Part shown: in pieces, positions 1 through 30,102 of the stretch | Layout: each line of letters opens with the position of its first letter | Numbering within the stretch: the stretch's first letter is position 1 | Source of the DNA: the human T2T-CHM13v2.0 reference genome, Homo sapiens | Direction: 5' to 3' (one strand) | Assembly: GCF_009914755.1 (NCBI RefSeq) | Contig: NC_060935.1 | Length of the DNA stretch: 64,000 nucleotides | Notes under the pieces: generated by a model | The model's database searches: none | Told to the model about the DNA's origin: nothing | The model's input: only the letters and a program-made list of their open reading frames with translations | Program-made: the position numbers and the translations under genes

Positions 1-849
1 GATCTGAGTTTCAGAAAGATCACCCTGACTTTATTATTTGAGATCCGATAGCAAACACCCTGCCCTCCTGCAGATATTGTATGTCCCCTCTGTGACTGGC
101 ACAGGGCACAGGGCACAAAGCAGTGATGCCTGTGGTTCAGAGACTGGCCTCTGCCATCCAGCAGACCTGGTGCAAATATGGGTCCTAGTGCCTCTAAGCC
201 ACAGGACCTTGGCCAAGTCATTTAAATACTCTGAGCCTGTGTCTTGGTCTGGAAAACAGAACCACTAATATCTACCGTCAGAGGATGTTGCCAGGAATTA
301 ACACGATCATGTTTTCTGGAGTGCTTAGCATGGGGTCTGCCAGGCCCTTGGTAAGAGGCTTAATTAGCGCATTTATTTAGTTCACAAATATTTAACAAAT
401 ATTGGCACCTCTCTATGTGCCAGAGGCTATGCAAGTTGCCAAAATGATGGTGAATAATCAAAGTTCCTGGAGCTTATACTCTAAAGGGGATGACAAATAA
501 ACAACCATGTAAGAGAATTTCAGATAATGATGAGGACCATGACAAATTAATTAATTGGACTATGGGGAACAAGAAGATTGAGAGGGGGCAAATTTAGATA
601 AAGTGGTCACGGAAGGCCTGTTGGCAGAGGGGACATTTGACTAGAGAGCTGAATGATTGATTTTTGATAAAAGGATCGGCCAAGGAAAGATCTAGAATAA
701 ACATTTCCTAGCACAAGGAATAGCCAGTGCAAAGGCCCTAGGGCAGGAGTGACTGGTCATCGCCAAAGAACAGCAAGCAGACCAGTGTGGCGGGAACAGA
801 GCCGGCAGGGGGAAAATGCTGCCACTAACAAGAAAAATACTGGTTGATT

Positions 850-1099
850 GGCGGAGGCGGGTGGATCACTTGAGGTCAGGAGTTCAAGACCATCCTGGCA
901 ACATGAAACCCCGTCTCTACTAAAACTACAAAAATTAGACGGGCATGATGGCACACACCTGTAATCTCAGCTACTTGGGAGGCTGAGGCAAGAGAATCAC
1001 TGGAACCCAGGAGGAGGAAGCTGCAGTGAGCCGAGGTCGCGCCACTGCACTCCCGCCTGGACAACAGAGTGAGACTTGCCTTAAAAAAAAAAAAAAAAG
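850..1099 (+). mobile_element. 5'-truncated Alu in PGA intron 2 (paralogs ~19585-19829 and ~38411-38655)
   Basis: GGATCACTTGAGGTCAGGAGTTC...CCACTGCACTCC...poly(A); AAAAATACTGG-like TSD. Confidence 0.9.
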
Positions 1100-1579
1100 A
1101 ATAAAAATTCTGGCAATGCCCTTTCTCAAAACCTGCTGTACACATCTAGACGTAGAAATAAGAAAACTGGACAGGTTTCCATCTTTAAGTGGCTTGCTTA
1201 GCTTCTGATAAACAATTTAAGGCACAAGCACTTAAGCTGTAACTTGCCCGGTGCTAGAAGGTTCCACCGCCATCCTCTGAGAACATGCGCTGTACGGATG
1301 GGAAGACTGTGACAGACAAGACAATGGCTAAAGAGGGAACAGCAGATTGTTAGGTGCTTGTGGTGCTTAACAGAGAGCAGAGGGTAAATTGGGGGAGCAA
1401 TCAGGGAAGACTTCAAGGAGGAAGGGACGCCAGGGCTGGGATTTGAAGGATGAAGACAGTGGCTGGGAAGAGAAAGATAAGAACTGTGAGGAATGAAGGA
1501 AAAGATGGAGAGGCAGACTGAGGAGATGACCCAGAGACAGCCCCTAGGGAGGCCCTGACAGAGAGACCCCGTTCCGTGA

Positions 1580-7796
<6,217 letters not shown>

Positions 7797-7936
7797 GCCT
7801 AAGTCTCTTCAGCCACCTCCCAGGAAGATCTGGCCTCTGTCCTGTGCCCACTTTAGATGTATCTAATTCTCCTGACTGTTCTTCCCAGGGGAGTGTGGAG
7901 GTCTTGGCCCTGTTCCCTGTCCTACCAATAACGTAG

Positions 7937-7942
7937 AATAAA
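7937..7942 (+). terminator. Poly(A) signal AATAAA, copy 1
   Basis: AATAAA 141 nt after the stop codon, followed by a GT/T-rich stretch; same position in all three copies. Confidence 0.8.
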
Positions 7943-8346
7943 AACATAACCCACTGAAACAGGTTTTGTGGAGCTGCTTCTCTTTGCTGGTCTTTTTCCT
8001 TCACATTACTGGGGTTAGAACGCCAGGGCAGGGATGAAAATGACCACATCCATTTGGATGGCACCCAACATAGTGACCCCAGCAGCTGACACTTCATGAT
8101 GGAGCCAAGAAGACAGAGAGGCTTCGGGGGTTGTGCTGGAAGCATCATAAAAAGACCTGGGGGTCAAAATACTGGGCTAATTGTCTTCTCATAGAAGGGA
8201 CACAGAGCTGAGATCGTGCCATTGTACTCCAGCCTGGGCGACACAGAGAGACTCCAGCTCAGAAAGAAAAAAATAGGTCACTGAAGCTCTTAGTTGAGGG
8301 AGTCAACCTCCTACTTCTCCCAAAGCCAATAAGAGATCATGAGAAG

Positions 8347-8644
8347 GCTGGGCACAGTGGCTCACGCCTGTAATCCCAGCACTTTGGGAGGCTGAGGCGG
8401 ACAGGTCACCTGAGGTCAGGAGTTTGAGACCAGCCTGGCCAACATGGTGAAACCCTGTCTAATAAATTTACAAAAATGAGCTGGGTGTGGTGGTGCGCAC
8501 CTATAATCCCAGCTACTCAGGAGGCTGAGCCAAGAGATCGCTTGAACCTGGAAGGCGGAGGTTGCAGTGAGCTGAGATCGCACCACTGCACTCCAGCCTG
8601 GGCGACAGAGCGAGACTCCATCTCAAAAAAAAACAAAAAAAGAA
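8347..8644 (+). mobile_element. AluS 3' of PGA (paralogs ~27078-27375, ~46820-47120), preceded by an Alu 3' fragment at ~8205-8273
   Basis: Full dimer with TSD AAGAGATCATGAG(A/G)A. Confidence 0.9.
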
Positions 8645-9732
8645 AAGAGATCATGAGGAAAGGAAAGCAATCAGGAGAGTCACGAGAGGTAGACACTAAT
8701 GGTGATGTCCCTAAGTAGATAGGACAGGGCAGAGTTGTCTGCAAGACGTGGACAGGAGAAGTGGAAGAAGCTGACACCCCACAGTCTTCCAGGATGCCCT
8801 TGTGATTCACTGGCTACCAAGACCAAGACTAACAGTTAATCTCCCCAAGGTCCTAGGCAGAAAACACTGAACCCATCTCTTTCCCCATCTGTAACCAAAG
8901 AGAAAGGTCTTCCACTTCCCTGAGCAGAGGTTGTGAGACAGAGAATTAAGCATGTTCATTAGCATATATGCCCTAGAAAGGCAAAGAGGAAATGGAGCAG
9001 TTTCTCAGACTGGGCTTGGTAGCAAAATGTTCAATGGAAAACACAGTTTCAGAATAAGTATAGAACATGCTACATTCTAGGCCCTTCCCCAGGGTTCACC
9101 AGCTACAGTTCCCAATCAAAGGCTCTGACAAGCCCTGCTGCAAAGTGATCTGTTTCTTTTTAACTCAGCTGAGCTTCATCTCAGACTCTCTCTTGCTAGT
9201 AAGTCTATTACAGCCCTGGGCTCCCCGGCATGCATGCTGGGAAAATTCCCATAGCTCCTGCTTCTGGTGACAGCCGACCCAGGCTTTCTGCTGAAGACAC
9301 AAGCCCAGAGGCTGGAGCTGGGCTCTAGGAAGGGCGGGGGTGAGCTCCAACACCCAGTCTCCCCAGGGTCACTCTCACCCTCCCAAGCCCATTTTCCATA
9401 GCTGAATAAACTTTAGGAAACATAAATTTCATCTCATCCCTTCCTTGCTTTAAACTCTTAATGCCTTCTTGCCATTGCCGTTGGAATAAAACAGCAAATC
9501 TTTGGCATAGTCCCACGTCCTGTGTGCTCCTTTCCCTCCAAACCTTCCCTGCTTCACTCTGATCCCGTTACCCCGAGCTCCCTCCACCCTGGCCTCCCAC
9601 GGCCACAATAGCCCAAGTGTTTTCCCACCTCCAGACTTTGCACATGCTGTTCCCTTTGCCAGGGTTGCTTTTCCCTCTTTCTTGACTAGCTAACACCTAG
9701 CATCTGCAGACGTGGCTTAAATGTCACTTCTC

Positions 9733-10030
9733 AGCCAGGCTTGGTGGCTCACGCCTATAATCCCAGCACTTTGGGAGGCCGAGGTGGGCAGATTAACTGA
9801 GGTCAGGAATTTGAGACCAGCCTGGCCAACATGGTGAAACCCCATATCCACTAAAAATATACAAAAAATTAGCTGGGTGTGGTGGTGGGCACCTGTAGTC
9901 CCAGCTATTTAGGAGGCTGAGGCAGGAGAATCGCTTTAACCCAGGAGGTGGATGTTGCAGTGAGCCGAGATTGCACCACTGGACTCCAGCCTGGGCAACA
10001 AGAGCAAAACTCCGTCTCAAAAAAAAAAAA
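9733..10030 (+). mobile_element. AluSq/Sp-like element within an L2-like region (paralog 28464-28761)
   Basis: Full dimer, GGGCAACAAGAG 3' diagnostic, TSD AAATGTCACTTC on both sides. Confidence 0.9.
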
Positions 10031-11048
10031 AATGTCACTTCCCTGTAAAAGTGATCAGCCCTCCCTCACCACTCTCTCAGAGAGCCTGGGCCTACATTTT
10101 CCCTCATGGTACTTGGCACTACCTATAACCATGCATTTCAGTGTTTAAGATTCACAAGGACAGGGATGGTGATGGTTTTAATTAGGTTTGAAGCCCAAGC
10201 AGCAAGAGCCGGGCTTGGCACATACTAGGAGGTCAATAAATATTTGCTGAATGAGTGATTAGAGAAGACTTTTTGAAAGGAACCATCTCAGATAGGATGA
10301 GAGTATGAGAGTGGGGATATGGTTTGACAAAGGCCATGTGAATAACAACAGGTGGGTCAGCTCCCACCCCCACCAACATTCCATCCCCGTCATATTCTGT
10401 CATGGGATAAGCAGGTGGATTTCTCAAGTTTCTGGGAAGGAATTTCACCCTGTCCTGACTTCTTTGCTGGATTTATTTTTCTGATATTTCCCATGTACCT
10501 ACTTTGAAGCTAGGCAGTGTGCTAGGCTCCGGGGATATAGGAAGGCAGGTCTTCCTGGATCCTATCTGTTCTCCTGCACCTGATCCCAGCCTTCCTTCCT
10601 CCCCCATCTCAACACCAGCAGCTGCAGCTCAGCCTCTCTCGCCCAGCACCTCTTCCATTCCCACCCTGGGATTCCTGAACCCTGTCACAATCTAAAGACG
10701 TTCCTCATCAGACAGATCATTTGACCAGAAAGCCCTGTGCCAACATATCTGATTTCATCCTCCTCATGTTGCTGCACAACAGAAGATGAATTCACAATCC
10801 TTTCCTGCAGTCTCAGGCCTCTGCTCCATGCATCCTCCTCGAAGGGCCCTGGGGTCGAAGCACAGCTCCTTCCATCCTTTTCATTCACACTCATCCAGGA
10901 GTGTTATTTTAATCTCACAGGTCTCCTGCCCCATCCATCCTCACCTGTCCCAAATGATCACTCCACACGCTGCTGGTGGGAGTGTAAACTGGCACCACCC
11001 TAAGAAGCATGATGTGGCTGTATCTATCAAAATTAAAAATGCATATGC

Positions 11049-12130
<1,082 letters not shown>

Positions 12131-13496
12131 AAATGATCATGTAGATTTATAAAAATCACTTGTAAAATACAGAACCATGATTTTTCTTTTAAAAGCGGGT
12201 TCAGGTTGCAGATAGAGTAGCGCAGCAGAAGTGAGCTGGGCCCATCAAAGCGGGTTGCTTGCAAAACAACATGTGCCATATCTTGTGGTCCTATATTTGT
12301 AAGTAAATCAATATATTCATTTACTACGCCAGTGGTGGTTAGTTCTGGGTAGTGGGGTTAAAAGTCATTTTTAAAATTGTATTTATCTATAAATAATCTA
12401 CAGTGATCATGTATTACTTCTATACTTGAGCCAAAAAAGTTATCATCAATTTAGCTTTGAAAACCTGCAGGCATCTCTGGAGAAGCAGCCCAGGTCTGGG
12501 ACTGGGGAGTGGAAAACACAGTGTTCTCTTTGGTGTTGGAAGATCATGTCCCTGGGGTGAGACCTTGATTGAAAGCTGCTAGGGGACCAGCTGCCCCAAT
12601 GCCTATCACACCAGCTTGATAACACTTATCATGCTTAAGTGCTCCATCTCAGCCTTGCCATGATTGGGTTCCTTAGATCTCATTCCATTGCTTGATTTGA
12701 TTGGTTCATGGAACATTTATGAACACCTGTGCCATTGGCAGGGGCTGCCCTGCATCAGAGACACTGCTACCAGTCCCCCTGAAAGCCAGGCAATACCATA
12801 CTGAGTGCCAGGCAGGGCTAATGGCAAAGCAAACGTTGCTGTCTAATCTTTCTGCCGGGCCAGTCTCGTACAATGAGATGTTGCGGCTTCCTTGCTGGCA
12901 GCCACGGATCAGCCCTGGCTGACAATCAGATCCCATGGGAGCACGTGGTTGCAGAATCAGGATTCCCTTTTCCATCCCAAGGGTTCCTCTAGTAAAGGGG
13001 GCTGAGTGGAATGGCTTCTCCAAGTGCACCTGGGAGGGAGGCTGCAGCCATCATGGAATATTCCTGTCACACGCTAACCCATGAACAGAAACCAGGTGGA
13101 TGTACATGGTCACATAGTCTGGCCAGGGACCAGAGCCTCCGGAGACCCAGGTTCAGGTCCCATCTGTGTCATTACTTAGTTATGTGAACCTGCACTGATC
13201 ACTTAACCCCTTTGAGCTACATCACTTGCGAAAAAGTGGGGGTTATAGTATAATAATTCTTTTTTAAAATAATTCAAAGCATTCAGAAAAGCACAAATAG
13301 GCACACAAATGTAAGCACTGCTGTGTGGTGGGAGATTTGCAGATGACCTGACCAACAATGTCACCTTCCCCCTTTTCAGATCACTCACATTACCTGAGCA
13401 GAAAAACAACTAGCAGAGCACTGAAATGGTCCCAAAAGAGGGAAGAGCAAGAGGCAATCAGGTGGATCCTTTTCGAGTTATCAACAAGGTTTCCAG

Positions 13497-14041
13497 TCCT
13501 GTTTTCTATTGCTGATGAGAAGTTAACACACATTGAATGACTTATAACAACTCACATTGACTCACTATCTCAGTTTCTGTGGGTCAGGAATCCAGGCTCG
13601 GTTCAGCTGAGGCCTCTGTCAGTCAGGGATGTCAGCCTGGTCTGTGGTCTCATCTGAGGCTTGACTGGAGAAGGATCTGCTTCCATGCTCACACGCTTGC
13701 TGGCAGGATTCAGTTACTTGCAGATTGTCACACTGAAAGCCTGAGTTCCTTGCTGGCTGTCAGCTGGAGGCCACCCTTCGTTCCTTCCTCTTGGGCCTCT
13801 TTATAGAGCAGCTTTCTTTATCAGAGTCAGCAAGGGGAAGAGTCTATACAGAGAGTGTGCTAGCAAGACACAAGCTACAAGCCTGTATAATGTCATCACA
13901 AAACTGACATCCCATCTACTTTGCTGTATCCTGTTAGTTAGAAGCAAGTCCTGCCTACACAAAAGGGGAGGGGATTATACAGGGGTGTGACCACCAGCAG
14001 CATGAATAATTGGGGGCCATCCTACAGTCTCTCTGCCATAC
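13497..14041. mobile_element. MLT1-family (MaLR) solo LTR (paralog ~32228-32772)
   Basis: CAGTTTCTGTGGGTCAGGAATCC...CATCTGAGGCTTGACTGG...GGGGGCCATCCTA is typical of late MLT1 LTRs. Confidence 0.7.
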
Positions 14042-14704
14042 CCCTGAATTGGTGTCAGCAAGCATGCCAGCGTCCCTCAGGGTGCTAAAATCTCTAATGT
14101 GGAGAAACATTATCATCTTCACCAATCTGAGAGCTTCCCCTCAATGTGATCCAAATATCCATCCAGGTGGAAAGGAAGAGCCCCTTCCACACCAGCTTTC
14201 CCTTCAACTGACCACAAATGCGCCAAAGGCACGGCCTAGTCCTACCATGCTCAGGGATGTACCCTCCGCAGCTAGAGCATCCCTGCACGGTACACAGCAA
14301 GTGCACAATAAGGCATTTGAATGAATGTGTAAAGGGGCTTGCACGTTTCTGCCTGGGGAATCTTCCTTCTGCTTCCCAAATATACTTCTCCTCTGCTCAA
14401 AATTCCCATGTGGGCCCCAGACAAGCTGTGCCCCCAAAATCAGTGCCCATCCTTGGGCTCCAAGCTCCCTCCCTTCCATCTGGTGGCAGCCTTGAGTGAG
14501 GGGATTCCATCTGGTGCCCCCAGAACTTAGGCAGCATCTTCAGGACCATCAGGTTCCTCACATGAGTGCTAGGATCAACCCATACTTAAGGTGACGGATA
14601 CTCCAAATACCCTGACTTCATCATTACTCTTTCTATGCATGTAACAGAATATCACATGAACCCAAAAAATATGTAAAATATTATGTATCCATAAAGAGAG
14701 AGAG

Positions 14705-14995
14705 GGCCAGGTGCAGTGTGGTTCACTGTAATCCCAGCACTTTGAGAAGCTGAGGCAGGAAGATCGCTTGAGCCCAGGAGTTCGAAACCAGCCTGGGCCA
14801 CATAGTGAAGCCCTGTCTCTACAGAAAATACAAAAGTTAGCTGGGTGTAGTGGCTCATGCCTTTCGTCCCAGCTACTCAGAGCCTGAGGCCAGAGGACTG
14901 ATTGAGCGTGGGAGGTTGAGGCTGCAGTAAGCCATGTTCATGCCACTACGCTCTACCCTGAGTGACAGAATAAGACCCTGTCTCAAAAAAAAAGA
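14705..14995 (+). mobile_element. AluJ-like element (paralog ~33433-33723)
   Basis: GATCGCTTGAGCCCAGGAGTTC and GAGGCTGCAG J-type diagnostics, poly(A)/GA tail. Confidence 0.85.
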
Positions 14996-15504
14996 AAGGG
15001 AGAGAGAGAGAGAGAAGCTTGAGAGGAAGAGAAGGAGGCACCAGAGGACGTGAATGTGGAAAATACAAGGGCTAGTCATACTGGAGTAACATTCACAGTT
15101 AAAAAAAAGAAAAGAAAACAAAAGAAAATGGGCCCAGGATTCACATTTGGGGCACAAAGATTTCAACTAACTGGGGAGTGTGTAATGTCAATGTGTTTTC
15201 TACCAACCACCACTGTCCCTGAACTTATCCACACTGCCCACTCCTCAATACTCACCTGGAGGCACTGGGGGCAACTTGGAGCTTTTATAGAACCTGTGGC
15301 TCTCATGGCTGGACAGTCTGAGGATGCCCCAGGGGATCCGATTTCAGAACAAGACCCTGAGACAGGGCTTCCTATCTACCTGGTGACCTCCCCGCTCCCC
15401 TGTCCTCCTCCCCAGCAATTTCTGCATCAGAGTTTTCACTCTACTTTCTTCACTGAATAAAAGCTCACAAAGTGGAGGATCCATTGGGTTGGTAAGGATC
15501 CTCT

Positions 15505-16586
<1,082 letters not shown>

Positions 16587-16887
16587 TAGGCTAGTCAGAC
16601 GCCCAACAACCCCACACAATGACACTTATGTGGGGAATTGTGTCCTGAGTCCCAAACGACTGACCCCCCCAATGTGCTGTGAATAAGCAGTGACCACAAC
16701 CAGTACCACCTATGACTGAGTCGGGAGGCTGCTCTCTAAGAACCCCAGCTGCATGCCCTCTGGGACAAATCAGGCCACCTGGGGCTCCTTCACATCTCTC
16801 CAATGCTGTGTTAAACGCACTTTTAACCAACTTTGTCAAAATGCTCAGCTGGTAAAGTTTTAACGTAGGCCCTTGTCAATGCTTCAG

Positions 16888-17113
16888 AAATAAGCCTCTG
16901 GCGGCGCGACAGAGCAAAACTCCGTCAGGAAAGTAAGGAAAGAAAGGAAAGGAAGGAAGGAAAGAGAGAAAGAGAAAGAAGGAAAGAAAGGAAAGAAAAG
17001 AAAGGAAACAAAGGAAAAGAAAACAAATAAGCCTCCAGGTCATTGCTTAGAAAGAAAAAGAAAGAAAAAAAAAGAAAAGAAAAAAGAAAGAAAAAAGCCT
17101 CTAGGTCATTGCT
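16888..17113 (+). repeat. Purine-rich (GAAA/GGAA) tracts upstream of PGA4, the first derived from the tail of a tiny Alu 3' fragment
   Basis: GCGACAGAGCAAAACTCCGTC followed by a GA-rich tail, flanked by AAATAAGCCTC (16888-16898 and 17025-17035); second A-rich tract 17049-17096. Confidence 0.8.
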
Positions 17114-17159
17114 CCTCTCTCTCTCTGCGGGTCCACCCCCATGGCACCCTCCCCCCTCC

Positions 17160-17389
17160 CCATGGTGCAAGGTTACAATGGAAAGTGCCTCAGCTGGAAA
17201 GGTCTCAGAATGTGGCTCAGGGCAGCCACAATCTTATCAGGAGCTTCTCTGTTTGGGATCAGGGGAACCGGTGACTTTCAGAGGCCGATAAGGCGGGACC
17301 CAACTTGTATATAAGGGGCAGCTCATGCTGCTGCTCTGCACCTTCCTCCCGTCTTGCCTTCTCCCTCGAGTTGGGACCCGGGAAGAACC
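17160..17389 (+). promoter_or_regulatory. PGA4 proximal promoter and 5'UTR
   Basis: TATATAA 17308-17314, GATA motifs (CTTATCA 17233-17239, GATAAG 17287-17292), GC-box-like GGCGGG just downstream of the second GATA, E-box CAGCTG 17191-17196, ATG at 17390. Confidence 0.8.
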
Positions 17390-26527
<9,138 letters not shown>

Positions 26528-26667
26528 GCCTAAGTCTCTTCAGCCACCTCCCAGGAAGATCTGGCCTCTGTCCTGTGCCCACTTTAGATGTATCTAATTC
26601 TCCTGACTGTTCTTCCCAGGGGAGTGTGGAGGTCTTGGCCCTGTTCCCTGTCCTACCAATAACGTAG

Positions 26668-26673
26668 AATAAA
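26668..26673 (+). terminator. Poly(A) signal AATAAA, PGA4
   Basis: Same position relative to the stop codon as in the other copies. Confidence 0.8.
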
Positions 26674-29600
26674 AACATAACCCACTGAAACAGGTTTTGT
26701 GGAGCTGCTTCTCTTTGCTGGTCTTTTTCCTTCACATTACTGGGGTTAGAACGCCAGGGCAGGGATGAAAATGACCACATCCATTTGGATGGCACCCAAC
26801 ATAGTGACCCCAGCAGCTGACACTTCATGATGGAGCCAAGAAGACAGAGAGGCTTCGGGGGTTGTGCTGGAAGCATCATAAAAAGACCTGGGGGTCAAAA
26901 TACTGGGCTAATTGTCTTCTCATAGAAGGGACACAGAGCTGAGATCGTGCCATTGTACTCCAGCCTGGGCGACACAGAGAGACTCCAGCTCAGAAAGAAA
27001 AAAATAGGTCACTGAAGCTCTTAGTTGAGGGAGTCAACCTCCTACTTCTCCCAAAGCCAATAAGAGATCATGAGAAGGCTGGGCACAGTGGCTCACGCCT
27101 GTAATCCCAGCACTTTGGGAGGCTGAGGCGGACAGGTCACCTGAGGTCAGGAGTTTGAGACCAGCCTGGCCAACATGGTGAAACCCTGTCTAATAAATTT
27201 ACAAAAATGAGCTGGGTGTGGTGGTGCGCACCTATAATCCCAGCTACTCAGGAGGCTGAGCCAAGAGATCGCTTGAACCTGGAAGGCGGAGGTTGCAGTG
27301 AGCTGAGATCGCACCACTGCACTCCAGCCTGGGCGACAGAGCGAGACTCCATCTCAAAAAAAAACAAAAAAAGAAAAGAGATCATGAGGAAAGGAAAGCA
27401 ATCAGGAGAGTCACGAGAGGTAGACACTAATGGTGATGTCCCTAAGTAGATAGGACAGGGCAGAGTTGTCTGCAAGACGTGGACAGGAGAAGTGGAAGAA
27501 GCTGACACCCCACAGTCTTCCAGGATGCCCTTGTGATTCACTGGCTACCAAGACCAAGACTAACAGTTAATCTCCCCAAGGTCCTAGGCAGAAAACACTG
27601 AACCCATCTCTTTCCCCATCTGTAACCAAAGAGAAAGGTCTTCCACTTCCCTGAGCAGAGGTTGTGAGACAGAGAATTAAGCATGTTCATTAGCATATAT
27701 GCCCTAGAAAGGCAAAGAGGAAATGGAGCAGTTTCTCAGACTGGGCTTGGTAGCAAAATGTTCAATGGAAAACACAGTTTCAGAATAAGTATAGAACATG
27801 CTACATTCTAGGCCCTTCCCCAGGGTTCACCAGCTACAGTTCCCAATCAAAGGCTCTGACAAGCCCTGCTGCAAAGTGATCTGTTTCTTTTTAACTCAGC
27901 TGAGCTTCATCTCAGACTCTCTCTTGCTAGTAAGTCTATTACAGCCCTGGGCTCCCCGGCATGCATGCTGGGAAAATTCCCATAGCTCCTGCTTCTGGTG
28001 ACAGCCGACCCAGGCTTTCTGCTGAAGACACAAGCCCAGAGGCTGGAGCTGGGCTCTAGGAAGGGCGGGGGTGAGCTCCAACACCCAGTCTCCCCAGGGT
28101 CACTCTCACCCTCCCAAGCCCATTTTCCATAGCTGAATAAACTTTAGGAAACATAAATTTCATCTCATCCCTTCCTTGCTTTAAACTCTTAATGCCTTCT
28201 TGCCATTGCCGTTGGAATAAAACAGCAAATCTTTGGCATAGTCCCACGTCCTGTGTGCTCCTTTCCCTCCAAACCTTCCCTGCTTCACTCTGATCCCGTT
28301 ACCCCGAGCTCCCTCCACCCTGGCCTCCCACGGCCACAATAGCCCAAGTGTTTTCCCACCTCCAGACTTTGCACATGCTGTTCCCTTTGCCAGGGTTGCT
28401 TTTCCCTCTTTCTTGACTAGCTAACACCTAGCATCTGCAGACGTGGCTTAAATGTCACTTCTCAGCCAGGCTTGGTGGCTCACGCCTATAATCCCAGCAC
28501 TTTGGGAGGCCGAGGTGGGCAGATTAACTGAGGTCAGGAATTTGAGACCAGCCTGGCCAACATGGTGAAACCCCATATCCACTAAAAATATACAAAAAAT
28601 TAGCTGGGTGTGGTGGTGGGCACCTGTAGTCCCAGCTATTTAGGAGGCTGAGGCAGGAGAATCGCTTTAACCCAGGAGGTGGATGTTGCAGTGAGCCGAG
28701 ATTGCACCACTGGACTCCAGCCTGGGCAACAAGAGCAAAACTCCGTCTCAAAAAAAAAAAAAATGTCACTTCCCTGTAAAAGTGATCAGCCCTCCCTCAC
28801 CACTCTCTCAGAGAGCCTGGGCCTACATTTTCCCTCATGGTACTTGGCACTACCTATAACCATGCATTTCAGTGTTTAAGATTCACAAGGACAGGGATGG
28901 TGATGGTTTTAATTAGGTTTGAAGCCCAAGCAGCAAGAGCCGGGCTTGGCACATACTAGGAGGTCAATAAATATTTGCTGAATGAGTGATTAGAGAAGAC
29001 TTTTTGAAAGGAACCATCTCAGATAGGATGAGAGTATGAGAGTGGGGATATGGTTTGACAAAGGCCATGTGAATAACAACAGGTGGGTCAGCTCCCACCC
29101 CCACCAACATTCCATCCCCGTCATATTCTGTCATGGGATAAGCAGGTGGATTTCTCAAGTTTCTGGGAAGGAATTTCACCCTGTCCTGGCTTCTTTGCTG
29201 GATTTATTTTTCTGATATTTCCCATGTACCTACTTTGAAGCTAGGCAGTGTGCTAGGCTCCGGGGATATAGGAAGGCAGGTCTTCCTGGATCCTATCTGT
29301 TCTCCTGCACCTGATCCCAGCCTTCCTTCCTCCCCCATCTCAACACCAGCAGCTGCAGCTCAGCCTCTCTCGCCCAGCACCTCTTCCATTCCCACCCTGG
29401 GATTCCTGAACCCTGTCACAATCTAAAGACGTTCCTCATCAGACAGATCATTTGACCAGAAAGCCCTGTGCCAACATATCTGATTTCATCCTCCTCATGT
29501 TGCTGCACAACAGAAGATGAATTCACAATCCTTTCCTGCAGTCTCAGGCCTCTGCTCCATGCATCCTCCTCGAAGGGCCCTGGGGTCGAAGCACAGCTCC

Positions 29601-29799
29601 TTCCATCCTTTTCATTCACACTCATCCAGGAGTGTTATTTTAATCTCACAGGTCTCCTGCCCCATCCATCCTCACCTGTCCCAAATGATCACTCCACACG
29701 CTGCTGGTGGGAGTGTAAACTGGCACCACCCTAAGAAGCATGATGTGGCTGTATCTATCAAAATTAAAAATGCATATGCCGGCCAGGCACGGTGGCTCA

Positions 29800-30102
<303 letters not shown>

